Assembly: GCA_964016885.1 (NCBI GenBank)
Contig: OZ024744.1
Location: 10,168,001 to 10,232,000, forward strand
Reading direction: 5' to 3'
Length of the DNA: 64,000 bases
Origin: Eledone cirrhosa
Lineage: Eukaryota
In this document: piece after piece, positions 1-13,250 of the stretch
Layout of the letters: each line of letters begins with the position of its first letter
How positions within the stretch are numbered: position 1 is the first letter of the stretch
The notes under the pieces: generated by a model
Seen by the model: the letters and a program-made list of their open reading frames with translations, nothing else
Told to the model about the DNA's origin: nothing
Database searches by the model: none
Translations under genes and position numbers: made by a program

Positions 1-908
1 TATACTCCAATGTGTTGTGTTGTTATACTCCAATGTGTTGTGTTGTTATACTCCAATATGTTGTGTTGTTGTACTCCAATATGTTGTGTTGTTGTACTCC
101 AATATGTTGTGTTGTTGTACTCCAATATGTTGTGTTGTGGTACTCCAATATGTCATGTTATACTCCAATATGTCATGTTGTTTTACTCCAATATGTTGTG
201 TTGTTGCACTCCAATATGTCGTGTTGTTGTACTCCAATATGTTGTGTTGTTGTACTCCAATATGTTGTGTTGTTATACTCCAATATGCTGTGCTGTTGTA
301 CTCCAATATGTTGTGTTGTACTCCAATATGTTGTGTTGTTGTACTCCAATATATCATGTTGTCGTACTCCAATATGTCATGTTATACTCCAATATGTCGT
401 TGTTATACTCCAATATGTCATGTTGCTGTACTCCAATATGTCGTGTTGTTGTACTCCAATATGTTTTGATGTTGTACTCCAATATGTTGTGTTGTTGTAC
501 TCCAATATGTTGTGTTGTTATACTCCAATATGTTGTGCTGTTGTACTCCAATATGTCAGGTTGTTGTACTCCGATATTTCGTGTTGTTCTACTCCAATAT
601 TCCATGTTGTTTTACTCCAATATGTCGTGGTGTTGTACTCCAATATGTTTTGATGTCGTACTCCAATATGTCGTGTTGTTGTACTCCAATATGTTGTGTT
701 GTTGAACTCCAATATGCTGTGTTGTTATACTCCTATATGTTGTGGTATTGTACTCCAATATGTTGTGTTGTACTCCAATATGTTGTGTTGTTATACTCCA
801 CAATGTTGTGTTGTTATACTCCAATATGTTGTGTTGTTGTACTCCAATATGTGATGTTGTTGTACTCCAATATGTCGTATTGTTGTACTCCAATATGTTG
901 TGTTGTTA

Positions 909-1115
909 TACTCCAATATTTCGTGTTGTTTTACTCCAATATGTCATGTTGTTGTACTCCAATATCTCGTGTTGTTGTACTCCAATATGTCATGGTGTTC
1001 TACTTCAATATGTCGTATTGTTGTACTCCAATATGTTGTGTTGTTGTTCTCCAATATGTCGTGTTGTTATACTCCAATATGTTATGATGTTGTACTCCAA
1101 TATATTGTGTTGTTG
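909..1115 (+). repeat. Representative copy of a recurrent 9-monomer (207-bp) variant cassette
   Basis: Ordered variants TTTCGTG / TGTCATG / T(T/C)TCGTG / TGTCATGG / ACTTCAAT..TCGTATT / consensus / TTCTCC..TCGTG / TTATGATG / ATATTGTG recur near 1892, 5204, 7567, 11546, 16212, 17195, 19494, 22532, 23611, 24594, 26896, 31437, 33754, 37440, 38423, 40701, 42179, 43162, 45484, 48456, 49535, 50518, 52819 and 57359. Confidence 0.88.
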
Positions 1116-3649
1116 TACTCCAATATGTTGTGTTGTTGTATTCAATACGCTGTGTTGTTGTACTCCAATATGTTGTGTTGTTGTACTCCAATATGTAGTT
1201 GTACTCCAATATGTTGTGTTGTTGTACTCCAATATGCTGTGTTGTTATACTCCAATATGTATTGTTGTTGTAATCCAATATGTTGTGTTGTTGTACTCCA
1301 ATATATAGTGTTGTTGTACTCCAATATGTTGTGTTGTTGTACTCCGATATGTTGTGCTGTTGTACTCCAATATGTTGTGTTATTGTACTCCAATATGTTG
1401 TGTTGTTGTACTCCAATACGTTATGTTGTTGTACTCCAATATTTAGTGCTGTTATACTCCAATATGTTGTGTTGTTATACTCCAAAAAGTTGTGTTGTTT
1501 TACTCCAATATGTTGTGTTGTTATACTCCAGTATGTTGTGTTGTTGTACTCCAATATGTTGTGCTGTTGTACTCCAATATGTCAGGTTGTTGTACTCCGA
1601 TATTTCGTGTTGTTCTACTCCAATATTTCGTGTTGTTTTACTCCAATATGTCGTGGTGTTGTACTCCAATATGTTTTGATGTTGTACTCCAATATGTCGT
1701 GTTGTTGTACTCCAATATGTTGTGTTGTTGAACTCCAATATGCTGTGTTGTTATACTCCTAAATGTTGTGTTGTTGTACTCCAATATGTTGTGTTGTTAC
1801 ACTCCACAATGTTGTGTTGTTGTACTCCAAAATGTGATGTTGCTGTACTCCAATATGTCGTATTGTTGTACTCCAATATGTTGTGTTGTTATACTCCAAT
1901 ATTTCGTGTTGTTTTACTCCAATATGTCATGTTGTTGTACTCCAATATTTCGTGTTGTACTCCAATATGTCATGGTGTTGTACTTCAATATGTCGTATTG
2001 TTGTACTCCAGTATGTTGTGTTGTTGTTCTCCAATATGTCGTGTTGTTATACTCCAATATGTTATGATGTTGTACTCCAATATGTTGTGTTGCTGTACTC
2101 CAATATGTTTTGTCGTTGTACTCCAATATGTTGTGTTGTTATACTCCAATATGTTGTGTTATTTTACTCCAATATGTTGTGTTGTTGTACTCCAATATGT
2201 TGTGTTGTTGTACTCCAATATGTTGTGTTGTTGTAATCCAATATCTTGTGTTGTTATACTCCAATATGTTGTGTTGTTGTACTCCAATATGTTGTGTTGT
2301 TGTTCTCCAATATGTTGTGTTGTTATACTCCAATATGTTGTGTTGTGATACTCCAATATGTTGTGCTGTTGTACTCCAATATGGTGAGTTGTTGTACTCC
2401 AATACGTTGTGTTGTTGTACTCCAATATTTAGTGCTGTTATACTCCAATATGTTGTGTTGTTATACTCCAATATGTTGTGTTATTTTACTCCAATATGTT
2501 GTGTTGTTGTACTCCAATATGTTGTGTTGTTGTACTGCAATATGTTATGTTGTTGTACTCCAATATGTAGTGCTGGTGTACTCTAATATGTTGTGTTGGT
2601 GTACTCCAATATGTTGTGTTGTTATACTCCAATATGGTGTGTTGTTGTACTCCAATATGTTGTGTTGTTGTTCTCCAATATGTTGTGTTGTTATACTCCA
2701 ATATGGTGTGTTGTTGTACTCCAATATGTTGTATTGTTGTTCTCCAATATGTCATGTTATACTCCAATATGTTGTGTTTCATGTACTCCAATATTTTGTG
2801 ATATTGTACGCCAATATGTTGTGTTGTTGTACTCCAATATGTTGTGTTGTTATACTCCAATATGTTGTGTTGTTGTACTCCAATATGTTGTTGTACTCCA
2901 ACATGTTGTGTTGTTGTACTCCAATATGTAGTGTTGTTGTAATCCAATATATAGTGCTGTTGTACTCCAATATGTTGTGTTGTTGTACTCCAATATGTTG
3001 TGCTGCTGTACTCCAATATGTTGTGTTGTTGTAATCCAATATCTTGTGTTGTTATACTCCAATATCTTGTGTTGTTATACTCCAATATGTTGTGTTGTTA
3101 TACTCCAATATGTTGTGTTGTTATACTCCAATATGTTGTGTTGTGATACTCCAATATGTTGTGCTGTTGTACTCCAATATGTTGAGTTGTTATACTCCAA
3201 TATGTAGTGTTGTTATACTCCAATATGTTGTGTTGTTGTACTCCAATCTGTTGTGTTATACTCCAATATGTTGTGTTGTTATACTCCAATATGTTGTGTT
3301 GTTATACTCCAATATGTTGTGTTGTTGTACTCCAATATGTTGTATTGTTGATCTCCAATAAGTTGTGTTCTTGTACTCCAATATATTGTGTTGTTGTACT
3401 CCAATATGTTGTGTTTTTGTAATCCAATATGTAATGTTGTTGTACTCCAATATGTCTTGTTATATTCCAATATGTCGTGTTGTTGTACTCCAATATGTCA
3501 TGTTGTTGTACTCCAATATTTCTTGTTGTTGTACCCCAATATGTCGTGTTGATTATACTCCAATTTTTGTTGCTGTTGTACTCTAATATGTTGTGTTGTT
3601 GTACTCCAATATGTTGTGTTGTTGTACTCCAATATGTTGTGTTGTTATT

Positions 3650-4433
3650 CTCCAATATGTTGTGTTGTTTTACTCCAATATGTTGTGTTGCTGTACTCCA
3701 ATACGTTGTGTTGTTGTACTCCAATATGTTGTGCTGCTGTACTCCAATATATTGTGTTATACTCCAATATGTTGTGTTGTTGTACTCCAATATGTTGTGT
3801 TGTTGTAATCCAAAATGTTGTGTTGTTATACTCCAATATGTTGTGTTGCAATACTCCAATATGTTGTGCTCCAATATGTTGTGTTATACTCCAATGTGTT
3901 GTGTTCTTGTACTCCAATATGAAGTGTTGTAATACTCCAATATGTAGTGCTGTTGTTATACTCCAATATGTTGTGTTATAATCCAATGTGTTGTGTTGTT
4001 GTACTCCAATCTGTTGTGTTGTTATACTCCAATATGTTGTGTTGTTTTACTCCAATATGTTGTGTTGTTTTACTCCAATATGTTGTGTTGCTGTACTCCA
4101 ATACGTTGTGTTGTTGTACTCCAATATGCTGTGCTGCTGTACTCCAATATATTGTGTTATACTCCAATATGTTGTGTTGTTGTACTCCAATATGTTGTGT
4201 TGTTGTAATCCAAAATGTTGTGTTGTTATACTCCAATATGTTGTGTTGTAATACTCCAATATGTTGTGCTCCAATATGTTGTGTTATACTCCAATGTGTT
4301 GTGTTCTTGTACTCCAATATGAAGTGTTGTAATACTCCAATATGTAGTGCTGTTGTTATACTCCAATATGTTGTGTTATAATCCAATGTGTTGTGTTGTT
4401 GTACTCCAATCTGTTGTGTTGTTATACTCCAAT
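3650..4433 (+). repeat. Near-perfect 400-bp direct tandem duplication
   Basis: 3661 and 4061 both begin TGTGTTGTTTTACTCCAATATGTTGTGTTGCTGTACTCCAATACG. Rare markers GAAGTG (3921/4321), GTAATCCAAAATG and ATAATCCAATGTG repeat at exactly +400. Confidence 0.92.
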
Positions 4434-7400
4434 CTGTTGTGTTGTTATACTGCAATATGTTGTGTTGTTATACTCCAATATGTTGTGTTGTTATACTCCA
4501 AGATGTTGTGCTGTGATACTCTAATATGTTGTGTTTTTGTACTCCAATATGTTGTGTTGTTGTACTCCAATATGTTGTGTTGTTGTAATCCAATATCTTG
4601 TGCTGTTATACTCCAATATGTTGTGTTGTTGTACTCCAATATGTTGTGTTGTTATACTCCAATATGTTGTGTTGTGATACTCCAAAGTGTTGTGCGGTTG
4701 TACTCCAATATGTTGTGTTGTTTTACTCCAATAGGTTGCGTTGTTGTACTCCAATCTGTTGTGTTGTTATACTCCAATATGTTGTGTTGTTATACTCCAA
4801 TATGGTGTGTTGTTTTACTCCAATATGTTGTGTTGTTGCAATCCAATATGTTTGTGTTGTTTTACTCCAATATGTTGTGTTGTTATACTCAAATATGTTG
4901 TGTTGTTGTACTCCAATATGGTGTGTTGTTGTACTCCAATATGTTGTGTTGTTGTACTCCAATATGTTGTGTTGTTATACTCCAATATGTTGTGTTGGTG
5001 TACTCCAATATGTTGTGCTGTTGAACTCCAAATCTCGTGTTGTTATACTCCAATGTGTTGTGTTGTTATACTCCAATATGTTGTGTTGTTGTACTCCAAT
5101 ATGTTGTGTTGTTGTACTCCAATATGTTGTGTTGTTGTACTCCAATATGTTGTGTTGTTGTACTCCAATATGTGATGTTGTTGTACTCCAATATGTTGTG
5201 TTATACTCCAATATTTCGTGTTGTTTTACTCCAATATGTCATGGTGTTGTACTCCAATATTTCGTGTGGCTGTATTCCAATATGTCATGGTGTTGTACTT
5301 CAATATGTCGTATTGTTGTACTCCAATATGTTGTGTTGTTGTTCTCCAATATGTCGTGTTGTTATACTCCAATATGTTATGATGTTGGACTCCAATATAT
5401 TGTGTTGTTGTACTCCAATATGTTGTGTTTTTGTAATCCAATATGTAATGTTGTTGTACTCCAATATGTCTTGTTATAGTCCAATATGTCGTGTTGTTGT
5501 ACTCCAATATGTCATGTTGTTGTACTCCAATATTTCGTGTTGTTGTACCCCAATATGTCGTGTTGATTATACTCCAATTTTTGTTGCTGTTGTACTCCAA
5601 TATGTTGTGTTGTTGTACTCCAGTCTGTTGTGTCGTTATTCTCCAATATGTTGTGCTGTTGTACTCCAATGTGTTATGTTGTTATACTCCAATATGTTGT
5701 GCTGTGATATTCCAATATGTTGTGTTGTTGTACTCCAATCTGTTGTGTTGTTATACTCCAATATGTTGTGTTGTTATACTCCAATATGTTGTGTTGTTTT
5801 ACTCCAATATGTTGTGTTGTTGTACTCCAATATGTTGTGTTGTTGTACTCCAATATGTTGTGTTGTTGTAATCCAATATCTTGTGTTGTTATACTCCAAT
5901 ATGTTGTGTTGTTGTACTCCAATATGTTGTGTTGTTGTTCTCCAATATGTCGTGTTGTTATACTCCAATATGTTGTGTTATGATACTCCAATATGTTGTG
6001 CTGTTGTACTCCAATATTTTGTGTTGTTATACTCCAATATGTAGTGTTGTTATACTCCAATATGTTGTGTTGTTGTACTCCAATCTGTTGTGTTGTTATA
6101 CTCCAATATGTTGTGTTGTTATACTCCAATATGTTGTGTTGTTTTACTCCAATATGTTGTGTTGTTGTACTCCAATATGTTGTATTGTTGTTCTCCAATA
6201 TGTCATGTTATACTCCAATAAGTTGTTTTCTTGTACTCCAATATGTTGTGTTGTTGTACTCCAATATGTTGTGTTGTACTCCAATATATCATGTTGTCGT
6301 ACTCCAATATATCATGTTATACTCCAATGTGTCGTTGTTATACTCCAATATGTCATGATGTTGTACTCCAATATGTCGTGTTGTCGTACTCCAATATATT
6401 GTGTTGTTGTACTCCAATATGTTGTGTTGTTGTACTCCAATATGTTGTGTTGTTATACTCCAATATGTTGTGTTGTTATACTCCCAAAAGTTGTGTTGTT
6501 TTACTCCAATATGTTGTGTTGTTATACTCCAGTATGTTGTGTTGTTGTACTCCAATATGTTGTGATTTGTACTCCAAAATGTTGTGTTGTTGTACTCCAA
6601 TATGTTGTGTTGTTGTACTCCAATACGTTGTGTTGTTGTACTCCAATATTTTGTGCTGTTATACTCCAATATGTTGTGTTGTTATACTCCAAAAAGTTGT
6701 GTTGTTTTACTCCAATATGTTGTGTTGTTATACTCCAGTATGTTGTGTTGTTGTACTCCAATATGTTGTGTTGTTGTACTCCAATATGTCATGTTATACT
6801 CCAATATGTCATGTTGTTTTACTCCAATATGTTGTGTTGTTGCACTCCAATATGTCGTGTTGTTGTACTCCAATATGTTGTGTTTTGTACTCCAATATGT
6901 TGTGTTATTGTACTCCAATATGTTGTGTTGTTATACTCCAATATGCTGTGCTGTTGTACTCCAATATGTTATGTTGTACTCCAATATGTTGTGTTGTTGT
7001 ACTCCAATATATCATGTTGTCGTACTCCAATATGTCATGTTATACTCCAATATGTCGTTGTTATACTCCAATGTGTCGTGTTGCTGTACTCCAATATGCC
7101 GCGCTGTTGTACTCCAATATGTTTTGATGTTGTACTCCAATATGTTGTGTTGTTGTACTCCAATATGTTGTGTTGTTGTACTCCAATATGTTGTGTTGTT
7201 ATACTCCAATATGTTGTGCTGTTGTACTCCAATATGTCAGGTTGTTGTACTCCGATATTTCGTGTTGTTCTACTCCAATATTTCGTGTTGTTTTACTCCA
7301 ATACGTCGTGGTGTTGTACTCCAATATGTTTTGATGTTGTACTCCAATATGTCGTGTTGTTGTACTCCAATATGTTGTGTTGTTGAACTCCAATATGCTG

Positions 7401-8289
7401 TGTTGTTATACTCCTAAATGTTGTGTTGTTGTACTCCAATATGTTGTGTTGTACTCCAATATGTTGTGTTGTTACACTCCACAATGTTGTGTTGTTGTAC
7501 TCCAAAATGTGATGTTGTTGTACTCCAATATGTCGTGTTGTTGTACTCCAATATGTTGTGTTGTTATACTCCAATATTTCATGTTGTTTTACTCCAATAT
7601 GTCATGTTGTTGTACTCCAATATTTCGTGTTGTTGTACTCCAATATGTCATGGTGTTGTACTTCAATATGTCGTATTGTTGTACTCCAGTATGTTGTGTT
7701 GTTGTTCTCCAATATGTCGTGTTGTTATACTCCAATATGTTATGATGTTGTACTCCAATATATTGTGTTGTTGTACTCCAATATGTTGTGTTGTTATACT
7801 CCAATATGTTGTGTTATTTGACTCCAATATGTTGTGTTGTTGTACTCCAATATGTTGTGTTGTTGTACTCCAATATGTTGTGTTGTTGTAATCCAATATC
7901 TTGTGTTGTTGTACTCCAATATGTTGTGTTGTTGTTCTCCAATATGTTGTGTTGTTATACTCCAATATGTTGTGTTCTGATACTCCAATATGTTGTGCTG
8001 TTGTACTCCAATATGTGTTGTTGTTGTACTCCAATATGTTGCGTTGTTGTACTCCAATATATCATGTTGTCGTACTCCAATATGTCATGTTAAACTCCAA
8101 TATGTTTTGATGCTGTACTCCAATATGTTGTGTTGTTGTACTACAATATGTTGTGTTGTTGAACTCCAATATGTTGTTTTTTGTACTCCAATATGTCATG
8201 TTGTTGTACTCCAGTATTCTTGTTATACTCCAATATGTCGTGTTGCTGTACTCCAATATGTCATGATGTTGTACTCCAATATGTTTCGC

Positions 8290-10250
8290 TGTTGTACTCC
8301 AATATGTTGTGTTGCTGTACTCCAATATGTTGTGTTGTTGTACTCCAATATGTTGTGTTGTTGTAATCCAATATCTTGTGTTGTTATACTCCAATATGTT
8401 GTGTTGTTATACTCCAATATGTTGTGTTGTGATACTCCAATATGTTGTGCTGTTGTACTCCAATATGTTGAGTTGTTATACTCCAATATGTAGTGTTGTT
8501 ATACTCCAATATGTTGTGTTGTTGTACTCCAATCTGTTGTGTTATACTCCAATATGTTGTGTTGTTATACTCCAATATGTTGTGTTGTTATACTCCAATA
8601 TGTTGTGTTGTTTTACTCCAATATGTTGTGTTGTTGTACTCCAATATGTTGTATTGTTGATCTCCAATAAGTTGTGTTCTTGTACTCCAATATATTGTGT
8701 TGTTGTACTCCAATATGTTGTGTTTTTGCAATCCAATATTTAATGTTGTTGTACTCCAATATGTCTTGTTATATTCCAATATGTCGTGTTGTTGTACTCC
8801 AATATGTCATGTTGTTGTACTCCAATATTTCTTGTTGTTGTACCCCAATATGTCGTGTTGATTATACTCCAATTTTTGTTGCTGTTGTACTCCAATATGT
8901 TGTGTTGTTGTACTCCAATATGTTGTGTTGTTGTACTCCAATATGTTGTGTTGTTATTCTCCAATATGTTGTGCTGTTGTACTCCAATGTGTTATGTTGT
9001 TATACTCCAATATGTTGTGCTGTGATACTCCAATATGTTGTGTTGTTGTACTCCAATCTGTTGTGTTGTTATACTCCAATATGTTGTGTTGTTATATTCC
9101 AATATGTTATGTTGTTTTACTCCAATATGTTGTGTTGTTGTACTCCAATATGTTGTGTTGTTGTACTCCAATATGTTGTGTTGTTGTAATCCAATATCTT
9201 GTGTTGTTATACTCCAATATGTTGTGTTGTTGTACTCCAATATGTTGTGTTGTTGTTCTCCAATATGTCGTGTTGTTATACTCCAATATGTTGTGTTATG
9301 ATACTCCAATATGTTGTGCTGTTGTACTCCAATATGTTGTGTTGTTATACTCCAAGATGTAGTGTTGTTATACTCCAATATGTTGTGTTGTTATACTCCA
9401 ATATGTAGTGTTGTTATACTCCAATATGTTGTGTTGTTGTACTCCAATCTGTTGTGTTGTTATACTCCAATATGTTGTGTTGTTATACCCCAATATGTTG
9501 TGTTGTTTTACTCCAATATGTTGTGTTGCCATACTCCAATATGTTGTGTTGTTGTACTCCAATATGTTGTGCTGCTGTACTCCAATATATTGTGTTATAC
9601 TCCAATATGTTGTGTTGTTGTACTCCAATATGTTGTGTTGTTGTAATCCAAAATGTTGTGTTGTTATACTCCAATATGTTGTGTTATACTCCAATGTGTT
9701 GTGTTCTTGTACTCCAATATGAAGTGTTGTAATACTCCAATATGTAGTGCTGTTGTTATACTCCAATATGTTGTGTTATAATCCAATGTGTTGTGTTGTT
9801 GTACTCCAATCTGTTGTGTTGTTATACTCCAATCTGTTGTGTTGTTATACTGCAATATGTTGTGTTGTTATACTCCAATATGTTGTGTTGTTATACTCCA
9901 AGATGTTGTGCTGTGATACTCTAATATGTTGTGTTTTTGTACTCCAATATGTTGTGTTGTACTCCAATATGTTGTGTTGTTATACTCCAATATGCTGTGC
10001 TGTTGTACTCCAATATGTTGTGTTGTACTCCAATATGTTGTGTTGTTGTACTCCAATATATCATGTTGTCGTACTCCAATATGTCATGTTATACTCCAAT
10101 ATGTCGTTGTTATACTCCAATATATCATGTTGCTGTACTCCAATATGTCGTGTTGTTGTACTCCAATATGTTTTGATGTTGTACTCCAATATGTTGTGTT
10201 GTTGTACTCCAATATGTTGTGTTGTTATACTCCAATATGTTGTGTTGTTA
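8290..10250 (+). repeat. Distant paralogous block matching ~60372-62260 (offset 52015 over most of its length)
   Basis: Shared private variants TTTTGCAATCC (8725/60740), ATACCCCAAT and TTGCCATACTCC; matching ORFs 8674/60689, 9311/61326, 9747/61762. Confidence 0.85.
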
Positions 10251-13250
10251 TACTCCAATATGTAGTGTTGTTATACTCCAATATGTTGTGTTGTTGTACT
10301 CCAATCTGTTGTGTTGTTATACTCCAATATGTTGTGTTGTTATACCCCAATATGTTGTGTTGTTTTACTCCAATATGTTGTGTTGCCATACTCCAATATG
10401 TTGTGTTGTTGTACTCCAATATGTTGTGCTGCTGTACTCCAATATATTGTGTTATACTCCAATATGTTGTGTTGTTGTACTCCAATATGTTGTGTTGTTG
10501 TAATCCAAAATGTTGTGTTGTTATACTCCAATATGTTGTGTTGTTATACTCCAATATGTTGTGTTGTTGTACTCCAATATGGTGTGTTGTTGTTCTCCAA
10601 TATGTTGTGTTGTTGTACTCCAATATGTTGTGTTGTTATACTCCAATATGTTGTGTTGGTGTACTCCAATATGTTGTGCTGTTGAACTCCAAATCTCGTG
10701 TTGTTATACTCCAATGCTTTGTGTTGTTATACTCCAATATGTTGTGTTGTTGTACTCCAATATGTTGTGTTGTTGTACTCCAATATGTTGTGTTGTTGTA
10801 CTCCAATATGTTGTGTTGTTGTGCTCCAATATGTCATGTTATACTCCAATATGTCATGTTGTTTTACTCCAATATGTTGTGTTGTTGCACTCCAATATGT
10901 CGTGTTGTTGTACTCCAATATGTTGTGTTTTGTACTCCAATATGTTGTGTTATTGTACTCCAATATGTTGTGTTGTTATACTCCAATATGCTGTGCTGTT
11001 GTACTCCAATATGTTATGTTGTACTCCAATATGTTGTGTTGTTGTACTCCAATATATCATGTTGTCGTACTCCAATATGTCATGTTATACTCCAATATGT
11101 CGTTGTTATACTCCAATATGTCATGTTGCTGTACTCCAATATGCCGCGCTGTTGTACTCCAATATGTTTTGATGTTGTACTCCAATATGTTGTGTTGTTG
11201 TACTCCAATATGTTGTGTTGTTGTACTCCAATATGTTGTGTTGTTATACTCCAATATGTTGTGCTGTTGTACTCCAATATGTCAGGTTGTTGTACTCCGA
11301 TATTTCGTGTTGTTCTACTCCAATATTTCGTGTTGTTTTACTCCAATATGTCGTGGTGTTGTACTCCAATATGTTTTGATGTTGTACTCCAATATGTCGT
11401 GTTGTTGTACTCCAATATGCTGTGTTGTTGAACTCCAATATGCTGTGTTGTTATACTCCTAAATGTTGTGTTGTTGTACTCCAAAATGTGATGTTGTTGT
11501 ACTCCAATATGTCGTATTGTTGTACTCCAATATGTTGTGTTGTTATACTCCAATATTTCGTGTTGTTTTACTCCAATATGTCATGTTGTTGTACTCCAAT
11601 ATTTCGTGTTGTTGTACTCCAATATGTCATGGTGTTGTACTTCAATATGTCGTATTGTTGTACTCCAGTATGTTGTGTTGTTGTTCTCCAATATGTCGTG
11701 TTGTTATACTCCAATATGTTATGATGTTGTACTCCAATATATTGTGTTGTTGTACTCCAATATGTTGTGTTGCTGTACTCCAATATGTTGTGTTGTTATA
11801 CTCCAAAAAGTTGTGTTGTTTTACTCCAATATGTTGTGTTGTTATACTCCAGTATGTTGTGTTGTTGTACTCCAATATGTTGTGTTGTTGTACTCCAATA
11901 TGTTGTGTTGTTGTAATCCAATATCTTGTGTTGTTATACTCCAATATGTTGTGTTGTTGTACTCCAATATGTTGTGTTGTTATACTCCAATATGTTGTGC
12001 TGTTGTACTCCAATATGTTGTGCTGTTGTACTCCAAAATGTTGCGCTGTTGTACTCCAATATGTTGTGTTATTATACTCCAATATGCTGTGTTGTTGTAC
12101 TTCAATATAATGTGTTGTTGTACTCCAATATGTTGTGATGTTGTTATACTCCAATATGTTGTGTTGTTGTACTGCAATATGTTATGTTGTTGTACTCCAA
12201 TATGTAGTGCTGGTGTACTCTAATATGTTGTGTTGGTGTACTCCAATATGTTGTGTTGTTATACTCCAATATGGTGTGTTGTTGTACTCCAATATGTTGT
12301 ATTGTTGTTCTCCAATATGTCATGTTATACTCCAATATGTTGTGTTCGTGTACTCCAATATTTTGTGATATTGTACTCCAATATGTTGTGTTGTTGTACT
12401 CCAATATGTTGTGTTGTTATACTCCAATATGTTGTGTTGTTGTACTCCAATATGTTGTTGTACTCCAACATGTTGTGTTGTTGTACTCCAATATGTAGTG
12501 TTGTAATCCAATATGTTGTGTTGTTGTACTCCAATATATAGCGCTGTTGTACTCCAATATGTTGTGTTGTTGTACTCCAATATGTTGTGCTGTTGTACTC
12601 CAATATGTTGTGTTGTTATACTCCAATATGTTGTGTTGTTATACTCCAATAAGTTGTGTTGTTTTACTCCAATATGTTGTGTTGTTATACTCCAGTATGT
12701 TGTGTTGTTGTACTCCAATATGTTGTGTTGTTATACTCCAATATGTTGTGTTATATTACTCCAATATGTTGTGTTGTTGTACTCCAATATGTTGTGTTGT
12801 TGTACTCCAATATGTTGTGTTGTTGTAATCCAATATCTTGTGTTGTTATACTCCAATATGTTGTGTTGTTGTACTCCAATATGTTTTGATGTTGTACTCC
12901 AATATGTTGTGTTGTTGTACTCCTATATGTTGTCTTGTTGTACTCCAAAAGGTCATATTATTGTACTCCAATATGTATTGTTATACTCCAATATGTCGTG
13001 TGGCTGTACTCCAATATATCATTTTGTTGTACTCCAATATGTCTTGTTATAGTCCAATATGTCGTGTTGTTTATACTCCAATATGTTTTGCTGTTGTACT
13101 CCAATATGTTGTGTTGCTGTACTCCAATATGTTGTGTTGTTGTACTCCAATATGTTGTGTTGTTGTAATCCAATATCTTGTGTTGTTATACTCCAATATG
13201 TTGTGTTGTTATACTCCAATATGTTGTGTTGTGATACTCCAATATGTTGT

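Noticed and set aside
2560-2620. Telomerase-made long telomeric repeat of budding-yeast type (23-25 bp, TG-rich strand; variant TTGGTGTAC resembles the Candida/Kluyveromyces core)
   Set aside because: The consensus has no GG, GGTGTAC is only a rare variant, and the >64-kb length with multi-kb copied variant patterns indicates recombinational amplification rather than templated synthesis. A subtelomeric location is not excluded.
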